A stretch of 64,000 bases of DNA from an uncultured virus (IMG/VR IMGVR_UViG_3300014205_009245). Its lineage: Duplodnaviria > Heunggongvirae > Uroviricota > Caudoviricetes. Shown here piece by piece: positions 1 through 9,784 of the stretch. The notes beneath the pieces were generated by a model. That model searched no databases. It saw nothing but the letters and a program-made list of their open reading frames with translations, and was not told the origin of the DNA. Numbering within the stretch: the first letter of the stretch is position 1; every line of letters starts with the position of its first letter. The stretch lies in IMG/VR virus record IMGVR_UViG_3300014205_009245; one strand, 5' to 3'. Made by a program: the position numbers and the translations under genes.

Positions 1-537
1 CATCAAAACCCAATCACCCCCAGAGTGTATATTAGCGCCATTTTTAACGAGATATTTAACCGCATTTAGATGACCATTACAAGCAGCCCATCTCAAAACA
101 TAATCATTCCAAGCATGTATATCAGCGCCGTTTTTAACCAGGTATTTTACCACATCTAGATGATCACTTTCAGCAGCCCATCTCAAAACATAATCATCAT
201 TAGTATGTATATCCGCACCCTCTTTGATAAGACTCTTGAGAACTTCTACACTACTCCACTTATGGCGTGGTCCTAACTTAACTTTATCTGCTTTCCACTT
301 TAGAGGGGTGCCAGGATTTTGATAAACTTGAGCGTCTTTGGGTAGTATAACCTCTCTGATCCAGGGACCATAGTTGAGGAAATGAAAGATATTTCTAGCA
401 TCAGTGTAATAAATGCCACCTGGCTCACAATCTCCGTGAGGATTGAAAGGTAGGGGGTCTACGTTTAATCCTGTCTTGTATTTCAAGCCGTTGTGTGTTT
501 CAGCTTCATTTGTGATTTTGTAAAATGGCACGACCAT
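1..537 (-). CDS. Ankyrin-repeat protein with giant-virus-type N-terminal domain (partial, runs off the window edge)
   Basis: Not in the ORF track. Manual translation from ATG at 537 (SD AAGGAG): MVVPFYKITNEAETHNGLKYKTGLNVDPLPFNPHGDCEPGGIYYTD...GADIHTNDDYVLRWAAESDHLDVVKYLVKNGADIH. Close paralog of 13443-14156. Confidence 0.9.
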   Translation of the reverse strand, partial: MVVPFYKITNEAETHNGLKYKTGLNVDPLPFNPHGDCEPGGIYYTDARNIFHFLNYGPWIREVILPKDAQVYQNPGTPLKWKADKVKLGPRHKWSSVEVLKSLIKEGADIHTNDDYVLRWAAESDHLDVVKYLVKNGADIHAWNDYVLRWAACNGHLNAVKYLVKNGANIHSGGDWVLM

Positions 538-557
538 TCTCCTTTTCGTACTTGTAA

Positions 558-585
558 AGTATAACACAAATTCCGAGATTGTCAA
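558..585 (-). promoter_or_regulatory. Sigma70-type promoter
   Basis: TTGACA-N16-TATACT upstream of the ankyrin gene. Confidence 0.75.
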
Positions 586-1281
586 TTAAAAAGCAGATAG
601 TTGAGCGATATATTGCTGCCTACCCATTGGTTTTACTTTTAGGCTTTTTAACACATCCGATAATTCCCTTCGATCCCACAAGGGCGAATTCCCGCACGAT
701 ATTATTTCCACTGGACAGTTTTTTCTAATAAATTCTAACCCCTTCTGGCAACTATCGAGGGTGTGGGGTAGCCAAAATCTATTGTTACCATAGAAATCTC
801 CTCTACCTTGATCATCCGTTTGACAGTCCATGCCAAGTAGAACTATTGGTCTACACCCAAGAGCATATGCAAGTTGGATCGCAATAGGTCCGGAACTGCC
901 TCTGCCATATAAAATATGAGACTGTTTCGGATTGGCAAATTTATAATCGCCTTTCAAATGAAAATTGAAATATAATCGTCTAGGGTCGGCAGTATCCCTG
1001 GCTATTTTTAGTGCTTGCAAATTATGGATATTATAATACTCTGTTCTCCAAAAACTAGCATCTTGCCACAGCAAAACTGTTGGATCAATCAATTTAAACG
1101 CACGATTAATACCTATGGTAAAATAGTTTTCAAGTAGAGATATGTCGTGGTCTAAAATACTTGGTGCATTGCCCAAAACAAAACATGGAACATCGGGCAG
1201 CCTATCTACCCAATTTTTAATCTGATACCTATCGTGTTTTTCTCGCCGGACTGAACCGGATCGAGATATATTACGTCTCAT
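586..1281 (-). CDS. DUF115/Maf/MptE-like glycosyltransferase-related protein
   Basis: Motifs CFVLGNAPS, TIGINRA, SSGPIAIQLAYALGCRPIVLLGMD. Confidence 0.65.
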   Translation of the reverse strand: MRRNISRSGSVRREKHDRYQIKNWVDRLPDVPCFVLGNAPSILDHDISLLENYFTIGINRAFKLIDPTVLLWQDASFWRTEYYNIHNLQALKIARDTADPRRLYFNFHLKGDYKFANPKQSHILYGRGSSGPIAIQLAYALGCRPIVLLGMDCQTDDQGRGDFYGNNRFWLPHTLDSCQKGLEFIRKNCPVEIISCGNSPLWDRRELSDVLKSLKVKPMGRQQYIAQLSAF

Positions 1282-1328
1282 TTTATTTTTGGTAGCTCTT
1301 TTTAGTTAAGAAATCCCCCAGCAAACGA

Positions 1329-2015
1329 TCAGCTCCATACCAATATTTCCTTATTTTTTACGGTAACTTTCGCAGGCAAAGACGGATAAATGCCGTGCAA
1401 TCGCACTCTACCTTCCTTGTCAACGATCTGATTAAATGGCTGGGTCCTTCTCACCTTATTAACCTTAAAACTATAAGGTGATGCAGATGAAGTAACAACT
1501 AGATGATCTCCTTGCTTCCACTTCAACATTCTGATTGCAGCACGGGGAATATTAAGACAAGCCCTTCTATCCTGGGCTTTACACTCAAAAGGGGAATTGT
1601 CATCCTCTTCGCTCAGGTCAAGAAATCGAGCAGCAGTAGTTGGAGTAACCGATCCCAACTCAGCATCAACATCCACAGGATCAGGCTTCTTGCGAGACAG
1701 AGACAAATCTGTTTCACTAAAATTCGCGGGGTCAAAATTAGGGCTGTGATATAGCCACGCCTGATACTTCCCACCTGCCACATCGATCATGGATCGGGTA
1801 TATGGAATATCTGCAATGCCATCCTCATCAACGCCCACCATACTCCCATTTGCCCACATATCATCGATAATTGGCTTCACGTCTCGCTTATGTCGAAGCT
1901 CTGGATTCTTTTCGATAATAGGTTTACTGATACACAGGCCAGTAAACGGAATGCTAGACATGCACTTTTCCTGAATTGCCGATTCAATTGCCACTCTCAA
2001 ATCTGCCTGATTCAT
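1329..2015 (-). CDS. Hypothetical protein with possible C-terminal AbrB/MraZ-like domain
   Basis: Likely start MNQADL at 2015, downstream of a promoter and an AAGGAAGG SD; C-terminal LNIPRAAIRMLKWKQGD...VDKEGRVRL. Confidence 0.5.
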   Translation of the reverse strand: MNQADLRVAIESAIQEKCMSSIPFTGLCISKPIIEKNPELRHKRDVKPIIDDMWANGSMVGVDEDGIADIPYTRSMIDVAGGKYQAWLYHSPNFDPANFSETDLSLSRKKPDPVDVDAELGSVTPTTAARFLDLSEEDDNSPFECKAQDRRACLNIPRAAIRMLKWKQGDHLVVTSSASPYSFKVNKVRRTQPFNQIVDKEGRVRLHGIYPSLPAKVTVKNKEILVWS

Positions 2016-2061
2016 CTTGCCTTCCTTTTTTGTTCTGGGTTTTTCGACAACGCTACCCACT

Positions 2062-2089
2062 ATTATAGCATCAAGTAGCCAAAAGTCAA
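2062..2089 (-). promoter_or_regulatory. Sigma70-type promoter
   Basis: TTGACT-N16-TATAAT. Confidence 0.75.
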
Positions 2090-2101
2090 CTAAAAATAAG
2101 T

Positions 2102-2611
2102 TTAGTGCAGCGGTATTAGGTTCTCTGTGCGGTCGCACACTGGTTCAATCATGTCCTTGATTAAGTGCTCGTACTTAACAAATGGCTGCGATACGTCAGA
2201 AACAAATTGATGTATTAATTTTCGATCTTTTTTAGATAATTCTTCCATGCGAATTACACGAGCCAACCATTGTTTTGTGACTCTGTCCCAATAGATTTCC
2301 CATTCTCCACCATGAATTGAATCACCCGGGTCCTCGATTTCTGTGCAATACCCTCGGGATTCCATGAAAGATTTTAAGCACTCAAAAATAGAACCGCTGA
2401 ATTCGAACATTTTAATCTTATTATCCGCACGATCAATGACGAACGAACAATAATCCGTAAATGGAGAGACCACTGAAAAAACAGGTCTGCACAAAGGCGC
2501 CAAAAATCTTACTTGGAATGATTTCTTTTTATTGAGTCGTAGAAAGGTGATTTGATTAACTTGGATGGACTTTTTCCCTTCTCTGGTTGAGGAAGGAACT
2601 TTTCTGTTCAT
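2102..2611 (-). CDS. Possible divergent gp32-like ssDNA-binding protein
   Basis: FLRL...QVRFL, FVIDRADNKIKMFEF...IF, DPGD...G.EWEI resemble large-phage gp32-type SSBs; no acidic tail. Confidence 0.4.
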   Translation of the reverse strand: MNRKVPSSTREGKKSIQVNQITFLRLNKKKSFQVRFLAPLCRPVFSVVSPFTDYCSFVIDRADNKIKMFEFSGSIFECLKSFMESRGYCTEIEDPGDSIHGGEWEIYWDRVTKQWLARVIRMEELSKKDRKLIHQFVSDVSQPFVKYEHLIKDMIEPVCDRTENLIPLH

Positions 2612-2644
2612 TAATTTTGCCTCCTTCTATATATTATACCATAT

Positions 2645-2839
2645 TCAAAGCAGAGGTTCTATGCGGAAAGTTTTTCCTACTGTGGGATGCCTATCAATCT
2701 CTGCCAGGATAATTCTCCTAATCTTGGCATCTAAATTGTTATAAACGTCTTTATAAACTCTGTCAATTTTGAGATGTGGTCGCCGCTCAGATATTTTATC
2801 AAGGATAAATTGTCGGACTGCTTTTTTGTTCAGCAACAA
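2645..2839 (-). CDS. Small basic protein, candidate histone fold
   Basis: Likely TTG start at 2839 (SD AGGAG, downstream of a promoter); LLNKKAVRQFI...RVYKDVYNNLDAKIRRII...RHPTVGKT. Confidence 0.5.
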   Translation of the reverse strand: MLLNKKAVRQFILDKISERRPHLKIDRVYKDVYNNLDAKIRRIILAEIDRHPTVGKTFRIEPLL

Positions 2840-2875
2840 TTTAGTGCTCCTAGTCAGGTCCGTGCTTCCTGCTAT

Positions 2876-2903
2876 AGTATACCACATGCTGCGCCAATGT
2901 CAA
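2876..2903 (-). promoter_or_regulatory. Sigma70-type promoter
   Basis: TTGACA-N16-TATACT with extended TG. Confidence 0.75.
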
Positions 2904-2907
2904 GCCA

Positions 2908-5900
2908 TTATTGAATGTAACTAATTAAAATCCACCTGGAATCCGTCCCACTGTATATAAATTCAAAGATACCCCTTGATCCTGTTCCGGCTGCTGTCAG
3001 GATGTTGCCACTAGTACACGTATAAATTCTATTGGCAGCAACCGATGTGGCATCATTAACAATGGTCATTCTATCCCCCGTCGTGTTGGGATAAAATACA
3101 ATTATTCTTCTTCCATCGGCACCGCCAGCAAAACCTGAAACTGTGAAGTTGCCCGTGCCTACAAGTGTTACTCTGAAAAATGTTCCATTGCCAATAACAA
3201 CATCATCGTTCGCTCCGCCGGCCGTCAGAGACAGAGACACTACAGGAAAAAATTGGTTTTGAGTAACAGAAATGCTGTTAGTGAACGTCTTGATACCTGC
3301 TATATTCTCATTGCCTATAACATGAACATAATCAGTGTCCTTTTTACCACTATCTTTCTGCCCGCCAGTTATATTAGAAAACGACACAAAATTATCTGCC
3401 ACAGAAGGACTAACAGCTGTTGTTTTGGTTCCCAGTTGAGTCTGAATCGAAGATGTGACACCGGAAACATATCCCAGTTCAGTTGCTGTCACAGCGCTGG
3501 AAGACAAAGTTGTGCCGCCAGCATTACTTACAATTGCCCTATCACCAGTAAACGATGTTAGACCAGTATGTTGGGCATTTGTTAAGTGATAATATTCAGC
3601 AGCAGTTCCACCTTGCAAAGAATATAATTCATTATGGCTATTGATTGGAACAGGAACAAATTTAACCGTGAATGCACTCTCAATTTTACCAGTAGTGCCA
3701 GAAGCAGTGTTTTGTCCTTGTTTAATAATAATTCTACCGACCAAAAAAGCACTTGATGATATCATAGGTGGAAGAGATGCTGGTGGCTGTGATTCTATTG
3801 CTGCAGAAATTGAAGCATATTCAGCGTCACCTAAAATATAATGGGCATGAGCCGTGCTTTCAATGCCTCTATATACCCAGTTAACCGTAAAATAATCAGC
3901 TGTTAAATTTACCAGATTCGTTCCATTGTCATATTGAGAGTTATTATATGCAGTTGTTGTTAAATCTATCGTCCAAACAGTAGCAACATGTTTCCAAAAA
4001 TGCCACATATCAGTGTCAGATGAAAAAGCGGCAGCAGTGGTTCTAACACCACCATACCAGAACTTGCCTTCACTAATTTCTACAACGCGAGTTCCAGATT
4101 CAGACAGCGCCAATCCTGATTCTCTTGCAGTTCTGTCAGTTTTAACCATCCGCTGGTGTATTTTGTTAACCATACCATCGGCCATTCTATCCCAATCAAT
4201 ATAATGCAGCGTGGTGCCGTGCCTAAAGACAGTAAAAACCGGAAGAATACTTGATTCAGTAATCAATTCAACATTCGTGATAACCTGATACTCTGGTGAG
4301 CCACCATTATAATTGACAACGACATAACTAGTTACACCTTCTGTAAAAGCAGCATTAGATAATGCTGCAATTGAATATTTAGTCAATGGTCCAGTAAAAT
4401 CGGTTGTAGTATATAATAAATAGTCTCCAGCTCCGATATTTGCCGTGCCATTGCCATTGTCTACAAATGTTGGATCAGTTCCATAGGCTCCGGCAGACAC
4501 TGGCGCGTTTTCAATTAAATGCGTATGATCATTTCTGGCGAAAGATGGATCATTGCCTTCTGTGTTGGTAGTTCCTATCCCAATAGAAACCGCAGAAGAC
4601 GTAGACAAAGGATCGGTCCCGCTATTTGGATTATGCCGAGATGAATGATCTCCAACATCTATACCATCCACCAAACCAACACCAACAATGTCGTTCCCGC
4701 CAACATCCAAATTATCAACCATAGTACTAGTGCCATCTCTTCGCAAATATTGTGGATGATCATTACCAGTTGCAAGGCCACCAAGTAAAGCGTGCTGAGT
4801 TATGGTCGTTGTCGCCGGAGCAACAAAACTTAATTTAGGTGTTAAGTCTTCAAACTCAATTATAGTAGCAGAACTTTGTCTGACCAAAATAGACTGAACT
4901 CTTACTATATTGCTAGTCCAAAAGCCAGGGGGATTAGGTAATTCAGTGTTAGCAGGATCAGCCTCATTACTAGAACCATAAACTAATTGGTAAGTCGTAT
5001 GCCCAGTTGTGTTATCATTCGCAAGATAAAAAGCATGTTTTGTATAATTCCCAGCTCCTAATGCCGACAAACCAGAGGCAAGATTATTATAATTATCTTT
5101 GTCTACTTGTTTCTGCGCGACAGTGACCCACGAACTTCCATTATAATACCAAGCGGTCCATCCAATTGTATTTTCTTCTGGAGGAGTATATTCATGGGTG
5201 CCATAATAGTATTTACCCTGAGTAATATTTAGCTCACGGATACCAGTTTCTGCAAGCTGGGAGCCCGATGAATAAATTGGACCGAATCCCGACCTTAAAG
5301 TTCTATCAAGACGACTCACCATCTGATTGGCTTCGACTATGATATCTTGTATAAATAAAATTCCTGTAGCAGAAGTTTGCACTTTACCTAGAATAATTGT
5401 CTTAAAAAAATCCGGCAGGGTATCCGCCGAATGAACGTGCTCGTCATCATCTACATAAATATAAGAGGAAGTAGATGCAGGCAAAAGAAGCGCCGTGTCA
5501 TCCCATTCGATAAAAGTAGCATGGTCATCAGGTGAATCCCCTGTCATTAAGTATCCATTGCCACTAGATATATTAATATATAATCCGTCGCCACTGCCAG
5601 TATCTAATTCTCCACCATATATAGCTCCTAGCGCCTGCCCTTTATTCAAAAGTGGAGTAAAATTTGTAAGGTCGTTCCAAGTATCGCCTCGATAATAATC
5701 TCCAACAACATTCAGGCTCCCATCATTGGGATCAGTTATGGATAATGACACATCCGCCAAATCAGTTACTTTTATTTTAGTAGCAGTAGCAATTCCGACA
5801 ATAGTACCAGTCGTAAGTGGATTCTCTATATCTATATCTTCGGTGTTAGAATCCCACAGAGCTGATATTTTTATATCTGGACCAGAGCCAACGTTCGGAC

Positions 5901-7842
5901 AATCAAAACCAGTTGCAAATCCGGATATGGTAGATGCAATAATCTCTAAGTTAGATCCATTGCTCATGGAGATACACGTTCCAGCCAAAGTGTCTTGATC
6001 TAATTTGCTGTTAGTAATTTTAAGCGTAGTATTTGAACCTACCACAAGAGCGAAGTCAGTTAATGTGCCATCAGTGATTTTTACATTATTTAAAGAAATA
6101 ACACCCGTATGAGCACCATCGTCTGAAGCTGTAATAAATGTCGTAGCTGTTTGTCCAATACCCAAATCGGTATCATTCAAAATTATTTTATTTGTTGTGG
6201 TGCCAGAAATATTAGTAGCATCAATACAAGTCGTACAATCATAAAATTGACATCCCAAAACCCTGAATGAACCACCCGTATACCTAATAACAGTCTTACC
6301 ATTTGCTTCCAATATACAGTCTGAAATAGAAGATTTTTTATCATTAGCAGTAATCAGATGAGTACTAGCTGGATATGTTGCTGTATCTAATTCAATATGA
6401 GATGCATATTTAAGACATCCCAACAAATAAATATAATCTTTCATTACGATAGTATCTTCTTTAAACACACCCGGCCCAATTAAGATAATATATTTATTAG
6501 TAACAGAAGCGTTTGTAATATTGTCGATTGCTTCCTTTACTGAGGTATATTCACCACCTTTTTTGGCTACAGTTATAATATTCGAATCATTACTGACAAT
6601 AAAAAATCCCGATGCTGCTGCAATCTCTGTTTTCTCAACTTCAGTGAACCCAGCAAAATAACCTTCGGCCGTTGTGTTCTCTATTTTTAAATTTGTTGTG
6701 CAATCATCTATATCAACCGATTGAATTTTAATATACGGATTACTTCCATTGGTATCAGCACGAAAAGCGATATTCCAATCTTCAGCCCGACCTGAAGATA
6801 CATTTAAATATCCACCATTAGTGACAAGAAATGCAGTCCCATCTCCGCTGCCGGATGCACTTAGTGCATTTAATCCTTGTATACTTATTTGAGCATAAGC
6901 ACCATCGACGGTGACAGCAGTAACAGGCGTTTTGGTCATGTATTCAAAATAAATATTTTCTCCGTTGAGAAATGCTGTTTTAGAGGCAAGGTTAGTGACT
7001 TTTGCTACTGTATCACAATCGGTGAAATCCACATATTCTAAAAATAAATAGGAGTCAGCAGTGTTCGATGCCAAGTAAACACCAGTCTCACAGTCAGTAA
7101 TACTAACTTTATGTAATATCGCAAAATTACCAATATCATATGCATATATCCCGTATCGGCCCGACGGAGCATCCGATATTGTCATAAAGTTCATACGACT
7201 ATGTTGACTTAAATTGAATATATTGTGGTCACCATCGGGTTTAACAACCACCGCCTCAGTGGAATCGCCTACGATAGATACATAAGATGGGATATCGCAC
7301 AAAGGTTCTGTGTATATACCTGGTTCTACTTTTATAACCCATCTGTTATCATCTGCGGGACTTGTAACCGCAGCAATGGCAGCGGCAATAGAATCATATT
7401 GACCAGACTTAGGTTCCACACTGACAATTAAACGGTTATGAGCAGCCACTAATAAATCATCTGTCTCATCCTTAGTATAGACCTCATCTTTAGTGTAATA
7501 ATCTGTTAAGGCATCTGTTAAGGCATCTGTTAAGGCATCTGTTAATTCTTCCTCTTCTACACTTGTGATGGATTCTTCAGACCGATTACGAGAAATGGTT
7601 TTTTGGGTAATACCCGCATATTTTTTGATGGTGATTGCACCAGACTTACTTAAATCAGTTAAATTTTGGGATTGTCCTATTTGGTCTTTGGTGGCATAAA
7701 GGAGCAAATCTACCTTCTTGCCCGACTCAATAGTAGGAACCCTCGGAAGATCACCAATTACGACAGGACGCTTAGTATTATTTATCACCCACCACGATTC
7801 TCTAGCCACAAAAAATCCTCCAAGTGCTGTAATTATATACAA
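2908..7842 (-). CDS. Very large virion structural / tail-fibre-like protein with beta-helix (pectin-lyase-like) modules
   Basis: 1644 aa, rich in T/G/S/N/D; two pectinesterase-like entry motifs (GQYDSIAAAI...IKVEPGIY and GEYTSVKEAI...ILIGPGVF); fibre motifs ELGYVSGVTSSIQTQL and GNENIAGIKTF. Real start is probably GTG at 7809 (SD GGAGG). Confidence 0.75.
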   Translation of the reverse strand: MYIITALGGFFVARESWWVINNTKRPVVIGDLPRVPTIESGKKVDLLLYATKDQIGQSQNLTDLSKSGAITIKKYAGITQKTISRNRSEESITSVEEEELTDALTDALTDALTDYYTKDEVYTKDETDDLLVAAHNRLIVSVEPKSGQYDSIAAAIAAVTSPADDNRWVIKVEPGIYTEPLCDIPSYVSIVGDSTEAVVVKPDGDHNIFNLSQHSRMNFMTISDAPSGRYGIYAYDIGNFAILHKVSITDCETGVYLASNTADSYLFLEYVDFTDCDTVAKVTNLASKTAFLNGENIYFEYMTKTPVTAVTVDGAYAQISIQGLNALSASGSGDGTAFLVTNGGYLNVSSGRAEDWNIAFRADTNGSNPYIKIQSVDIDDCTTNLKIENTTAEGYFAGFTEVEKTEIAAASGFFIVSNDSNIITVAKKGGEYTSVKEAIDNITNASVTNKYIILIGPGVFKEDTIVMKDYIYLLGCLKYASHIELDTATYPASTHLITANDKKSSISDCILEANGKTVIRYTGGSFRVLGCQFYDCTTCIDATNISGTTTNKIILNDTDLGIGQTATTFITASDDGAHTGVISLNNVKITDGTLTDFALVVGSNTTLKITNSKLDQDTLAGTCISMSNGSNLEIIASTISGFATGFDCPNVGSGPDIKISALWDSNTEDIDIENPLTTGTIVGIATATKIKVTDLADVSLSITDPNDGSLNVVGDYYRGDTWNDLTNFTPLLNKGQALGAIYGGELDTGSGDGLYINISSGNGYLMTGDSPDDHATFIEWDDTALLLPASTSSYIYVDDDEHVHSADTLPDFFKTIILGKVQTSATGILFIQDIIVEANQMVSRLDRTLRSGFGPIYSSGSQLAETGIRELNITQGKYYYGTHEYTPPEENTIGWTAWYYNGSSWVTVAQKQVDKDNYNNLASGLSALGAGNYTKHAFYLANDNTTGHTTYQLVYGSSNEADPANTELPNPPGFWTSNIVRVQSILVRQSSATIIEFEDLTPKLSFVAPATTTITQHALLGGLATGNDHPQYLRRDGTSTMVDNLDVGGNDIVGVGLVDGIDVGDHSSRHNPNSGTDPLSTSSAVSIGIGTTNTEGNDPSFARNDHTHLIENAPVSAGAYGTDPTFVDNGNGTANIGAGDYLLYTTTDFTGPLTKYSIAALSNAAFTEGVTSYVVVNYNGGSPEYQVITNVELITESSILPVFTVFRHGTTLHYIDWDRMADGMVNKIHQRMVKTDRTARESGLALSESGTRVVEISEGKFWYGGVRTTAAAFSSDTDMWHFWKHVATVWTIDLTTTAYNNSQYDNGTNLVNLTADYFTVNWVYRGIESTAHAHYILGDAEYASISAAIESQPPASLPPMISSSAFLVGRIIIKQGQNTASGTTGKIESAFTVKFVPVPINSHNELYSLQGGTAAEYYHLTNAQHTGLTSFTGDRAIVSNAGGTTLSSSAVTATELGYVSGVTSSIQTQLGTKTTAVSPSVADNFVSFSNITGGQKDSGKKDTDYVHVIGNENIAGIKTFTNSISVTQNQFFPVVSLSLTAGGANDDVVIGNGTFFRVTLVGTGNFTVSGFAGGADGRRIIVFYPNTTGDRMTIVNDATSVAANRIYTCTSGNILTAAGTGSRGIFEFIYSGTDSRWILISYIQ
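7501..7545. repeat. 12-bp tandem repeat (ATCTGTTAAGGC x3 plus partial) encoding repeated LTDA
   Basis: Seen directly in the sequence. Confidence 0.9.
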
Positions 7843-7863
7843 TACCTGGAGGAAAAATCCTGC

Positions 7864-8142
7864 TTAATAAATTTCGTCGTCAGAACACACTTCGCTCCCA
7901 CATACGGAACATTGGCCTGAGAATTCGTCTGCCGATTCAATAAAATCAAGGCATTCCTTGATCCATTTCTTTTTATTTAATCTCTTCATATACTCCACAG
8001 ATTCTGGTTCAATTGTGGCAGTTAATTTATCTCTAACATATTTGACCCGGAACATCACCCCTTCGAGTAGACGATCTCCGAAATTATATCCATCTATCAA
8101 AATAGTGTCAACTTCGCCACATTGTTCACAAACGAAATTCAT
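7864..8142 (-). CDS. Zn-ribbon hypothetical protein
   Basis: CxxC at both ends; overlaps the upstream stop (ATGA). Confidence 0.7.
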   Translation of the reverse strand: MNFVCEQCGEVDTILIDGYNFGDRLLEGVMFRVKYVRDKLTATIEPESVEYMKRLNKKKWIKECLDFIESADEFSGQCSVCGSEVCSDDEIY

Positions 8143-8438
8143 GCGGTTTTCTCCGACTGTTCTTTGGCGTATTTTTCACAACTTTTCTTATGTTTCTCCC
8201 AAGATACTTGTTTGAAATATTCTTCGGACCAATCAGGACCTACTTTCTCCCAATCGGTTGCTAACATTTCCTCTATCTCAAAAGCCCCACGTTGCTCAGT
8301 TATTTTTTGACCAGCGTAAAAAGATATTTGTTCGATCCATTTTTTACCCAAAGACCAATACGCTCCCGCTGTCCATTCGGTGCGTCGAATGTGACAACCT
8401 TGTTTTAACAAAATTAAGGCAGCAGAAAAATCCATCAT
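8139..8438 (-). CDS. DUF2829/Tad2-like phage protein
   Basis: MDFSAALILLKQG..IRRTEW...EEMLATDWE matches the DUF2829/Tad2 family pattern. Confidence 0.55.
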   Translation of the reverse strand: MMDFSAALILLKQGCHIRRTEWTAGAYWSLGKKWIEQISFYAGQKITEQRGAFEIEEMLATDWEKVGPDWSEEYFKQVSWEKHKKSCEKYAKEQSEKTA

Positions 8439-8547
8439 GAGAACTCCATCAAATGAGTTGGAAGAATCTGAGACGTTCTATAAACTACGACCAAAACATA
8501 TGAGAAATTAGTAGCATCTATAAGATTCTTCTAGTGATATATCCCCG

Positions 8548-8569
8548 CGCCGCCCCGCATCGGGCGGCG
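8548..8569. terminator. GC hairpin downstream of the 373-aa gene
   Basis: CGCCGCCC-cgcatc-GGGCGGCG; no clear U-tract. Confidence 0.4.
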
Positions 8570-8662
8570 TAGTGCCTGGCTGATTGCTCTTCCGAATCCT
8601 CGTCCTACGCTATGGCATAGGCCAATCTCCGATTCACGCTTAGGTCCCTGGAGCGCAGCGGA

Positions 8663-9784
8663 TTACTCGAGCCCCCACAGCGCCCGCGCTTGGGCCACGT
8701 CGCGGATTTTCGCGACGTAGCCGGTCGATAGCGTTATCACAAGGACCTCAACCGCCTGACCGTCGGTGGCGGTGACCGTCTCGCGCGTGTACTGGCCGGC
8801 GGCGTACAGTGTCGCCGCCTCCACACGGGCCGCGTCCCACGCGGCATCCGTCATCACGGGCCGATCCCCGCCCATGCGGAAGGAAGTTCCGTCGGACAAC
8901 ACATATTCGACCACGTAACACGACCCTTGCGCTGAGAAGAGCTGGTCTTTGAAATCTCCCTGCCCCAGCGCAATCATCTCGGAGATCTCCTCCTGACGCT
9001 CCGGCGTCAGCCCCGCCCGCGGGTATGGTGGCTGCACGACCTCCGTGAACGGGTGTCCGTCCGGAAGCTCAAGTTCGACTACGAGCATACCCGTGCTGGT
9101 CGTCCCAACGACCCGCCCGCCGCCGACCTTCATCTGCTCGGTCACGAAGTCGTAGGCCGCGAATCGGTCCGCTTTCGACATCGGCGGGACATTGGAGAGC
9201 TGCCGGATCGTCTCTCCGCTGGACAGTGCATACTGGACGACATACATCACCGTTCCGTTCGGAAAGCGACGGAGCGAAACGAGCTCTCCGCCGCCGGCGT
9301 CGCGAATCTGCCGCCATTCGGCGCGCAGGGCCGGATTCGGATGATCGCCCATCTTGGCCGTCTCGGATGTGCCGTCCTGAAAATCGAAGCGAACCACGTA
9401 TACGCTCATGCGATCGGAGGTGTCCGGCTTCCGCTCCAGCAGTGTGACCTGTCCACTCTTCCAAAGTCCGATGGCCTCGTCACGGTGTGCTGAGTCGAAG
9501 TCGGCAAACGCCTGCTCATCGGGTGTCTCAGGCTCGGACGACGCTCTGGTCCAAGTTGTACCGAATACGTAGCGGTGGTAGGTGTAGGTGCCGGCGGCAG
9601 CCGATAGGCTGGCGAGTGCGATGCCCACAAAGAGGGCGGCACGTCTGCGTGGCGACATTCGTCCGCGCGAAACGGCTCCCCAGCGAGGCGACAAACGCAC
9701 GGCCAGGGTTTCCACGTGCGGGCCAGGCGCGACCGTAGGCACGCTCAAGGCCATCAAGTCCTGATCCAATCGGTCCAGATTCAT
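8663..9784 (-). CDS. Single-pass membrane protein, anti-sigma-like layout with repeated extracytoplasmic modules
   Basis: Short N-terminal domain, RRR followed by a hydrophobic helix (AALFVGIALASLSAAAG), then repeats of YVVxYxLSxG; GC-rich codon usage. Confidence 0.6.
   Translation of the reverse strand: MNLDRLDQDLMALSVPTVAPGPHVETLAVRLSPRWGAVSRGRMSPRRRAALFVGIALASLSAAAGTYTYHRYVFGTTWTRASSEPETPDEQAFADFDSAHRDEAIGLWKSGQVTLLERKPDTSDRMSVYVVRFDFQDGTSETAKMGDHPNPALRAEWRQIRDAGGGELVSLRRFPNGTVMYVVQYALSSGETIRQLSNVPPMSKADRFAAYDFVTEQMKVGGGRVVGTTSTGMLVVELELPDGHPFTEVVQPPYPRAGLTPERQEEISEMIALGQGDFKDQLFSAQGSCYVVEYVLSDGTSFRMGGDRPVMTDAAWDAARVEAATLYAAGQYTRETVTATDGQAVEVLVITLSTGYVAKIRDVAQARALWGLE

Noticed and set aside
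9053..9738. Several overlapping ORFs inside the GC-rich insert
   Set aside because: Expected shadow ORFs in stop-poor GC-rich DNA overlapping the 373-aa gene
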